Origin: Octopus vulgaris
Taxonomy: Eukaryota
Direction: 5' to 3'
Assembly: GCA_951406725.2 (NCBI GenBank)
Contig: OX597830.1
Span: forward strand, 44,454,001 to 44,518,000
Length of the DNA: 64,000 nt
Positions within the stretch are counted from its first letter, which is position 1; every line of letters begins with the position of its first letter. Both the position numbers and the translations under genes were made by a program. The notes beneath the pieces were generated by a model that did no database searches, had not been told where the DNA came from, and was given only the letters and a program-made list of their open reading frames with translations. Of this stretch, positions 54,162-64,000 are shown piece after piece.

Positions 54162-54342
54162 CTGTTGTTCTTGCAGCTTTAACTAAACTATGCCCAAGAG
54201 CTTCTTTAGTAGGTTCATTCAACTGGACGTCTTCTCTTCCGCCAATCACAGAAATAAGTAAATTTGGCAATGAGAAATTCCATTGATATATTATCAAATT
54301 AATTATAATATCCATGGAGGTTTGGTGATCCACACGAACAAA
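54162..54342 (-). CDS. TRPM-like channel, MHR1/2 (SLOG) exon (FVRVDHQT...WNFSLPNLLISVIGG...SLVKAARTT)
   Basis: catatag|TTT...ACAG|gtaaaa, 181 bp, phase 0->1. Contains the TRPM motifs W.L..P.LLISV.GG and L.KAA.TT. Confidence 0.93.
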
Positions 54343-54679
54343 CTATATGTAAAAAAAAACATTTAATTAATGTTCCCTAATGTTTGATACAATGCGAAAA
54401 ATACATTCAAATACTGGGGAATTTGGTGAAAAGATTTCATTGTGATGATTTAACATTTGTATTCATAATATTGAGAATTGCGTTATTTGACATTAAGTAT
54501 TTTAAATGTTGTGGGTTTGTCCTGTCACAGGGGAAGTCAGGAAAATTCAAACAACAATTTCAAGGATTATCAGCCATAAATGTTATTGTCATAATCATTT
54601 ATTATAATATGTTCATTATCTTGTTATATAAGTTCAATATTGTAACAGATTTCAATATTTCTCTCATACGTAGAGTTTA

Positions 54680-57580
54680 GCCATGTCTGGTTGCTTCAAG
54701 CTCTTGCTTGTTGTGGTTGAGATCCTCCCAGGTAAGTGGTGACAGAGACATCACCATGCGTAGAACCGACCAGGTCTACCGGTGCTCTATCACTGGCTGT
54801 CCCGTAGCTGCCCCTAATGCATCCTCCACGGTGACGTCAGTATTCTGGACATATGCTCCAACCACATCCAGCCATAATGAGGCTTCTCCTAGTCTACAGC
54901 TTCAGGATCGAATGGGAGCAAAACCCAGGTAGGAGGATATAGCAGGAGATGGAGGAAACATTCGTATCAGTGAATTCGAATGATAGCTGTGAGGTGAGAA
55001 GCTCGGGGCTGATGCATGCGCACATGCAGTTCTTTGTTGGAAACATGATGGTACCATTTGATGTTCTCAAATATTCTGCTATCGACGTCACCAATCTTCT
55101 TTGCCAGGGTCTTTGGCGAGAGCCGATGCGTTGTAGATAGAGAATTTCGCGTTGAGGAAGATAGAATAATGGTGTCAAAGGGGCTTCCATAGGGAGTACA
55201 TGACCCCAGTAACCAAACCACATCTGCGATTGATCTCCATTGTTGGGCTCAGATAGATGAAGGAGTTGACAAACTTCACGACGTCAGGGTCAATAGGGAA
55301 GAAGAGGGTCTGAGCTCTCAACTACATGCATCAGCATGGTCTCCGCCCATCTCACCTGATAGCCAAGCTTTGCTGATTCTCTGCATATGGTCAGTGCGTC
55401 CCTTAGCTCGTCAATCGAGTTGCTGAATAGGGTGGTGTCGTTCTCATACTCCAGGTCGGTATGATGGTAGTTTCAGAAGGTCACGCCAGAAACTCACTCA
55501 CCAAATAATCGATGACATAGATGATGAGGTCGAGACCGGCCACGCAGCCCTGTCTCTTGCTCTTGGGGAGGAACCAGTCAGAATCATTCCCGTTCACCTA
55601 AACCCAGCTTTCGGTACTGCTATAGAGCTACTAGAACAGGGTAGTGATCATGTGAGACACACCGTCGAGCTCGAGAATTTTCCAGAGGGATGCATGGTCG
55701 ACCGTGTCCAAAGCCACCTTAAGGTCGATAAAGGCGATGTAGAGGTGGAGATGTTTGCGGACCCCCGAGATCTTTGAACTACGAGACGAAGGGCAAAAGT
55801 ATGGTCTGCAGAAGATCAACACGGTATGAATCTGGCTTATTGTGAATGGTGTGTGCTTCTAATGACAAGAAGAGATCCTGATGAAGGGCTTACTGGGGAT
55901 GGAAAGGAGGATGGTGCCACTGTGGTAGCTGCAGACGAGTTTGTTGCCTTCCGCTTTCTGACGCAGAGGATAATACTCTGAGTTCAGTCATTTAGGAGCT
56001 GCTCGGATACCCATAGATGGTCGATGATGTATCTGAGCCATTGAGTCATGTTTTCTCCATCCGGCTTGAACATCTCCGCGGCCACAGTGCAGATTCCTGG
56101 GTGTTTGAGGTTGTCGATCTTCTTCAGGGTGACACTGACTTCATCAGAGTTAACAGGATCGAGTCTACAAGTGTCGTTGGTTGGGGCTGTGTGTGCAGTG
56201 ATGGTTAGACTGGGATCGATTTGGACAGATACGTGACAGAGAAAGCCGAAGTTCTCCTTCCAGTGTTCGAAGCAGGTGGTTTCCACGATGTCTACATTTC
56301 ATTGGTATCCCTCGCTGAGGTGGTCTTAAAGTAGAGACTGGTACAGTCTCTGTGGAGCATATTGAATATCAGACTGATCTTGTCATTCTTTGCTGCTGCA
56401 TCCAGGTGCTCGGCTTCTCCCGCCCAGAACTTCTCCCAGTTTTCTGAATGGAGTCGTCGCATATCCAGTTGGGCTAGTTGTTTTCATTTGTGTTACTGCA
56501 TAGGTGATCCTCACTGCAGCAGTTACTTGTGTACGACCTTCACAGTAGGATCAAGGGTCGCTTGAGAAGAGGTAATGAGTTTACCAGGACATCACGTTCT
56601 AACTTTTTGACACTTGATTTGAAAATTTCTCAGTTGGTAGTCTCATTTTTGGACACGGAAGTGAAGTGATTGCTGTTAAATCACGCAACTGTTGAGGCAA
56701 TGTTGAGATTACAGGCACAAAATGAATCAGGCCATTGCTGGTACTTTGAGGCAGAGTCAGCTCGCAACTTCAACGTGAGTGTCGCCACCAGCAATCGATA
56801 GTAGATATTGCCGAGTTGATCTCCTCTATAGAGCCGGCAGCTAGTGAGAAATGACCTCTAGCAGCGGAGATGATGATGTAGTTGATTGCTCTCTGCGTTT
56901 AACAGTCCGGACTGTACAAAGTCCTGTGATGATCAAGTCTGCTGGAGGAAAATGTGTCTGCAATATAGAAATTGTTGTTGCGGCATTGGAGCAATAGTTT
57001 GAGTCTGGAATAAGTTTGTCGAAGGGAACCTGGCAGAAGAGATGGCAGCACTGATGTCCGTCAGGGGGTGGGGTGATATCGTGGTGGGGACTGGTCCTAA
57101 AACTTTTGGAGTTGGTTGCAGTAGTCGCCCTTGACTGTCTTCTCTGCGAAGTCTGTGGGGTATAGGCAATGATGAAAACAGGTGGACAGCAAACGATCAT
57201 TCACCGGGTTCCTATGAGTAATTGCAGATGTACTTGGGCACGACTAATGCCACACCACATAGACCTGTTCTGTCGTCGGGGCCTCTCTAGAAGAAACTCC
57301 TGGGATAGCAGAATGGCTTCTCCTGGACGAATGAGCAACAAGACATTCCATTTAGTAGCACGTCTTTTGTAGCGTAAGTTTATTACTCATTGGTCGGTGA
57401 CATGCACGTGTCTGTTCCGATGTTGGACAGTCTGATTTCTTCAGACGGATGATGGTCCTGCTATCTTGGCGATGTGCCGACACACTGTGGGACACAGTTA
57501 GTCTGGAACCTTTCCAGAAGTCCTGTCTCCTGCATGAAGTAGCCATACCAGGAGCGAAGCATCAAACGGTTAGACTCTCT
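54680..57580 (-). mobile_element. Degenerate GC-rich RTE-like LINE
   Basis: LYIAFIDLKVALDTVDHASLWKIL, KHPGICTVAAEMFK, WYHHVSNKEL and a DLEYE motif. Visibly more GC-rich than its flanks. Confidence 0.75.
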
Positions 57581-58358
57581 TGGATCTAAACTACATATAA
57601 GCTACTTTGGCTCCATATGGCCAGACCTTAGAATTAGTCATGAATATAAAATTTAGAATTAGCCATTTCTTGATGCAATTATTTTCTACAAAATTTTCTG
57701 TAATCTCTGTTCTATTTTGAAATACTTATTCCAATAGTTCTGCCACAACAGAATAAAATTCTAATATCAATGAGGTATATCGTTGAAAATAATTATAATT
57801 CAGTTAAGATCGACATAATTCATTACATCATTACAATAAAATAGACTATTGTCCAATTGGTAGATACAAGAATCAATAATTACATAGACACAAAACATAA
57901 GTACATGTATGCGTGTGAACATACGTACATACATACGTAAATACAAAGAGAATCTGGATAAATTGAGATTTTCCGAAAGAGCATTTTGACTGGCTGATTC
58001 GTAGATTACAAGTTCAATCTGTGAGTGGAACAGTAAAAATATGCAAGACTTTTCTCAAGTTCCAAATGTGAATTTGTCTGTGTTAACTACATCCCGAAGA
58101 TGGAGCCTGGTATCTTTGTTGGAAACCGACTCCTTTCTCAATAGAAAAATTATAATAATTCATAATAATGTGTGTGTATATATATATATACATATATATA
58201 TATAAATATGTAGGACAGGCTTCTTTCATAGCTCCTTTCAGGCTTTGCTTGGCTCGAGGCCATAGCAGAAGATACTTGACCAAGGTGCCTCGCAATAGGA
58301 TTGAACCCGGAACCATGTGGTTGATAAGCAAACTACTTATTACACAGTAATTCCTGCG

Positions 58359-58409
<51 letters not shown>

Positions 58410-59364
58410 ATGTATATATATAGATATGTGTGTGTGTATTTAGTAACAGAAAGAGTGGAATTTCAATTATCCTCACGTGGTAAGCTGTAATATATATAAG
58501 AAATTAAAGAAGGAAAATGCACACACTTTACATAGTTTTAGTTTTTTAAAAATATATTCTATGTTGTTTGTCGACTGGTTTCGTTTTAGCTAATCATGAC
58601 ATTAAAATTATTTTAATTACGTATTTTCTTAAGAAAATTTTCTTTATCTATGAATGAATGATTCAACAAGTATAAAATTCTAAGGGGAGGTAATTGGTGA
58701 TCGTTATCATTGTGGACAGGGAAGATAACTGTTCATCTTTCGGTGCCGGGGGAGGGAAATATATACACAAAATTTCAAAAGCTAGAGTGGTGGGGAAAAA
58801 TATGTACAGTGATGGGAATGCAATCTTGAGTCAAAATATGTATAGAGAACAAAGCTGGTTATGCGTGCATATTTAGATGTGTTCTGTATTTTTCGTTGAA
58901 TAAATTTTCTTTATTTGTATAGAAATTGTATTGTTGCGCTGGTAGAAGGGAAAAACTGTGAAATCTGGTTTGATGTTACCTGCACATCTCTCTATGTGTT
59001 CTCTTAAAGGAATCTGTCTGTATTACGGGAATCGGATCTGTTCTTTATGTAGAGTGGTTCTCCATCTCAATGTCATACTTGTCTGTTCTATATAGTTATG
59101 TCCACAATCCGAGCAGGTTATTACATAAATTAGATTCTCAGAGGCATAAGTAAAATTGATTTAAATTGTGACCCTCTCTCCTTGTTTGGAAAGGAAATTC
59201 GAGCCTTCAAGTAGATTGGAGTATGTTGCACAGTTTCGGCGTTTATATTTTTAACCATTGGTTTCGTGGTTGTTGTGTAAAGCTTCGCAGTTGTTAGAAG
59301 TCACTTTAGCGATTTGTGTTGCTTTTTGCATTTCATGAATTTATGTGTTTTCAGGATTTACATA

Positions 59365-59705
59365 TATACAAGGCGGACAAAACACAAACCCTTCGAGTAG
59401 ATGGCCCTGCTTGATCTGTAGAAAAGGCGTAGGTAGAAAATCTATAAGATGTACCTGTTGTAAGCTATAGACACATAAGAGGTACAGAAATATCAAAGGA
59501 AAGTTACATGGGAAGATAGTTTCTGTGTGTGGAAGCTGCACAAGTGCAATAAACAACGAAAATGCACAGAAAACAGATTCCATCACATGCCAGGTTAAAA
59601 AAACTTGAAGTAGTTGATAGCTTCTGTTACCTATGTGACCAAGACAGTAGTGGGGGTGGATGCTCTGTGAGTGTATCTGCTAGAATAAGAATATTCTGGA
59701 GAAAG

Positions 59706-59706
<1 letters not shown>
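59365..59706 (+). mobile_element. RTE fragment spanning the PHD-like insert
   Basis: Homologous to 24030-24360 (tggccctgct.gatctgtagaaaagg...gaagtagttgatagcttc). Confidence 0.82.
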
Positions 59707-59737
<31 letters not shown>

Positions 59738-60149
59738 CAGAATTTATTTGGGATTTGAAAATGCATCTAAATCTCAAATTGTGTGGGTGTTTCAAAATTT
59801 TGTAATACATTTATTCAAATATCAAGCTGGTTCAACAACGTTTTGTATATCAGTGGTAAAAATAAATAAATAATAAAAGGTTTGGGTGTAAGTTTATATG
59901 TACAAAGCAAAATTCGGAAAAACTTGTTTAAATGATCAAATTTTCGGATGTTCACACAAATTCCAATGAGTTTCACAGAGCCAGAATGTAATATAAGTCT
60001 AAATTTTCGCTGAAGATCATAAGAAATATCCATGATTGAAAGTTTAGTCATACCGAGGTTTTATAAAAATGACTAAATTGTTAATCATATATATTTGTTT
60101 TGACCTTCATTAAATATTTACACTGTGCTACTATTGCAAGACTTGTGTT

Positions 60150-60660
60150 TCTATAATTTGCACTAATTACACTGTATGGAATTTCTAACAGCACCTCTGC
60201 ACATGGTTTGTATGGCTATCAACTGCCAGTTTCCTCTGTGACCACCAGATCAGAGAGAGTAAGGATCTCTGTCAAAGGTTTTCTACAGGTCATTGAACAC
60301 AATTTTAGCCAGATACTTCTCTTGCACTTACCTCACCCAAACAGGGCATTTTTAATACTTGCCTATAGAAATCCACCAAACCAAACTATATCTCATCTAG
60401 TCTAACTTTTCTTCTAATAACTTGATCATTCGTTGTTTCCATAACTTTTGTACCCTTGTCCAGCAGTTTGATACTTCTGTATATTTATCTTTTTCTAGCA
60501 TCTGCTTTACCATTGCAACAGTTGGCTGTTATGCTGTAATTTCATTCACTGGGAATCTCACCTTCATCTATAATCTGATTCACTATAGAAGTAACAAAGC
60601 CATATCTCATACAGCCAAGTATTTTAAGCATTATAGCAATCGTTCCTAACGGTTCATGGA
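60150..60660 (-). mobile_element. Degenerate RTE RT fragment
   Basis: The minus strand gives YRSIKLLDKGTKVME (YR.IKL...MKV.E motif). Confidence 0.6.
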
Positions 60661-61020
60661 GATTCCCATGCATTTATATTCTTCAGTGCTGCCAACTAGA
60701 AAGACTAGATCCTCTGTTGAGTCCATGTTGCGAAGACATTTTTTTCACTACAATCATCACCTTTAATGATAGCTCTTTTATGCTTCTTTCTTTTCAGAAT
60801 CACTAAGTGTATGTGTATTACTAATAATTCATACACACCAATATGAAATATAAAAACCAACTGTACAAAAAAGAAAAGGGTATGTAAAAACATTCACAAA
60901 AAGCATTTAAAACGTTGCTGCTATACAAATATATTGCCGAAATCATGAACTGATTATTCAATAAAATTTCTACAGACAAGTATTATCAATAAAAATATTT
61001 AAAAGCATTAAAACAATTAC

Positions 61021-61105
61021 CTTTGCAATTTTCTGATCATGTTCTACAAACTTTACCTCACCAAATGCATCACAAGGATTTGATGCCTCTTCGTCTCTAA
61101 GGTTT
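61021..61105 (-). CDS. TRPM-like channel, N-terminal MHR1 exon (NLRDEEASNPCDAFGEVKFVEHDQKIAK)
   Basis: ttgatag|AAAC...GCAAAG|gtaatt, 85 bp, phase 2->0. DAFGEV.F matches the TRPM 'DAFG.I.F' motif and joins in frame to FVRVD of the next exon. Confidence 0.85.
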
Positions 61106-64000
61106 CTATCAAAGACAAACAAAAGCCAAATGAACTTAAAAGGAAAAGCAAAGAAACATTTTGCCATCAGAAGTAAATGGAGAAAAATGAGGCACACTGG
61201 GGAATAGTGATTCCACATCTGGGATGATGCTGCCCTTACACATACAGGTCTCATAAGACCACATCAAGAAAGAAAAAAAGGTGACTCATCTGACTGGCAT
61301 GAAGTCACTTACCAATACACGCTAAATTCTGACCTATAGTTGTGATGTGTCCTCTCTTTGCCTTTTTTACCACTACTATAATAGCCTCTGCTCCACAGAA
61401 CTGGTTGCTCTCTTTCCACCCTATCCAGGTACCACTGATACACACATCTCTTGTGTCCATTAGACTAGATCCCCACACTAACAATATAAAAATTGAATTA
61501 AGTAGGTGTGAAAAGAAACTGCATGAGATGTCCGGTTGTGTGTCTCCTTTTATCACTCACTCTCTCTCTCTCTATTTGTTCCCCTCTTGCCCAAGGAAAG
61601 ATAATGTTGACCTTATTGGATTTATCCCCCTTGCTTACTGTACAACTAAATTCATATGAAAGGTAATATTGGGTATGTGTATTTGTCACAGTTAACTGTA
61701 TCAGATATTATTACTAATGTAGTTCCTCAATATATAAACAGTATTATCATTATTGATAGTATATACTCATTACAAATAAACAAATCAGAAAAATCTATTA
61801 AAATTTATGTTTTAATTTCAAAAATATTTTTATTTTGAAAATTAGCATTCATTTTCTATGAAATTTGAAAATGTATGATTATAATTATTGTAGTTATGTA
61901 ACATTACCTGATATTACCTGGATTGGCAAAATATATGTATTCTCAGCATTAGCCAACATAGTAATTGATAAAAACTGTTCTTGATTAATAATAATTATGT
62001 GGTGAGTAAGAAAAAGACAAGCTCCGATGAAGGCTATGCTTTGCTGAGGAAATCTAATTAGACTAAAATATGTAAACAACAAGATCATTAGCGGGTCAGA
62101 AAAAATACCATGTGGTATTAGCTTCAAGTATTTATATTGAGTTCAAGTTTTACATTGCTCAACCTTTCATTTTGTCTTTCTGGAGTTGGGGGGTCATTAA
62201 AATAAAGTACCAAAACATGTCAGTGACTGTTGCCTGCAAATGCAAAGGTCACCTCAAATTAGTATCAGACACTGAGCCAAAGAATTCTTTTCATAAATAT
62301 TATCAATTATTTAAAATTTCCTCAAAATTTAAAAAGCAATGGCAGTACAGTGATGAGCTGGCAGAATTGTTAAAACATATTACTTTTGATACTTAACATT
62401 CTGAGTTCAATTTTTGATGAGGCCATCTTTGTCTTTTGTCCTCTTGGAGTTTGATAAAATAAAATAGCAGTCAAGTGCTGGTGCTCATGGTATTAATTTA
62501 ACCATTCCCCTAAAAATTGCTGGTCTTGTGCTTAAATTAGAAACTCTTTTCCATCCAGATAAGAGTTAGTAGATATTTCTCTCACATCTCTATCAATAGT
62601 GTATACATGATGACATGATGGCTATTATGACATTCCCAAGATGCAATTGTTTTAGATTCAACATTCAACTTCAGATCAAGTCATTTGACAAACAAGTACA
62701 ACATTAAAATTAATGGATGTATTCATCAGTGAATATTTACACATGCATACACATGTGCACGCACACACATTCATGCACACACACACCTGTGTACGGAGTT
62801 GGTCAACATGCTGTTGGCGTTTACAGATTTCTCCGATATCCCAATTCATCCAATAAAAGTCTTTGTGAACAATGATTGATTTTCTTTTTAAAGGCATCAA
62901 TCCACAGCCATAATTAACCCCTAAAGGTGAATTTTTCAGAATCAACCCCTAAAGGTAAATTTTCCCCTAAATTTTTCCTTTCACTTTTTGACCCCCCCTC
63001 CTTTGCTTAACTGTCCCTTTATAAGTATTATCTCCCACTGGAATTAAAGATTATTTCTTTTTTTATCCAACTCCTTCCCTCATATTCTATCCACCACATA
63101 CAAGTGCACATACATATTCACACTGCTTGAATCTCACATATATATTGTATAGTGGCACACATACAATATATGATAGCTCTTTTATGCTTCTTTCTTTTCA
63201 GAATCACTAAGTGTATGTGTATTACTAATAATTCACACATATATATTGTATAGTGGCACACATCTCTCTCACACATATATATTGTATAGTGGCACACATC
63301 TCTCCACACACACCTGTTGCTATTTACTCTTTCCTTATTTCTTTTTCACCTGAGTTCCACATGAACATCAACCACCCATCTCCACTCTCCTCTACTAGAA
63401 ATCCCATACCTACTAACACTTCTTGTATCCAATATCATGATAACCATCTATAATAAGACATAGACAATCCTCATCTCCTTCCCTTAATTTTCTCTTTCCC
63501 TCTCCCCCTCCCTCTCTGTTGTCTTCCATTTCCGCATGGCTTAATATATTGACTTTGTTTTATATTTCTCATATTTTTGCTTCTTTGAATTCCTTTTGCT
63601 GAGAAACACGAAGATCTCATTTTCCCGTATATTGTATTTCATGCATTAATTGCTGCTTACCCCTCAGTATCTTTGGAAGCAGAGGAAACTGAAATCTATT
63701 GAATTATTAAATAACAATAAAACGACATTTTAAACTTCATCCCAAACCTCCAAAAAGTATGTATTTGATGTAACCTTTGAGACTTACTCATATTTAATAT
63801 TCTTTTCTACTCTAGGCACAGGGCCCAAAATTTTTGGGAGGGGGACAGTCTATTAGAACGACCCCAGTACGCAACTGGTACTTAATTAATCGACCCTGAA
63901 AGGATGAAAGGCAAAGTCAACCTTGGTGGAATTTGTACTCAGAACGTAAAGACAGACGAAATACCGCTAAGCATTTCACCCAGCATGCTAACGTTTCTAC

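Noticed and set aside
60761-60860. 100-nt cryptic exon (tttgtacag|...AAAG|gtgatg)
   Set aside because: It would frameshift between two phase-0 exons and has no TRPM similarity. A poison-exon role is unsupported without RNA data.

Overview
This is an AT-rich, repeat-dense animal genomic window. The repeat landscape (tRNA-derived SINEs, RTE, Tx1, CR1 and R4/Dong LINE relics, long TA/CA/TTA microsatellites) suggests an octopus or other coleoid cephalopod, which is an inference. Almost the whole window lies inside one minus-strand, multi-exon TRPM-family cation channel gene. I traced 10 GT-AG exons by hand: four MHR1/2 exons (61105->42200), then pre-S1, S1-S2, S3-S4, S5-pore, S6 and TRP-helix exons (41131->2299). 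The C-terminus lies left of the window. The MHR3/4 exons are absent, and their expected position coincides with a 100-N assembly gap (41808-41907). The S3-S4 exon carries a +1 frameshift, which is either a pseudogenising lesion or a consensus error. The pore filter reads YAE rather than YGE/FGQ, and the TRP box reads WSLQRY. The introns hold decayed retroelements, a solo LTR, a near-perfect 574-bp palindrome next to an exon, and two or three decayed type I hammerhead-ribozyme motifs in foldback (Penelope-like) repeats. They also hold an RTE family with a PHD-like finger inside its RT, TAA-targeted nested Dong elements, and a 55-bp minisatellite derived from a LINE endonuclease motif. Most six-frame ORFs are microsatellite or antisense artefacts. 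I see no convincing wholly new multi-gene system; the best leads are the divergent TRPM and the RNA-structure elements in its introns.
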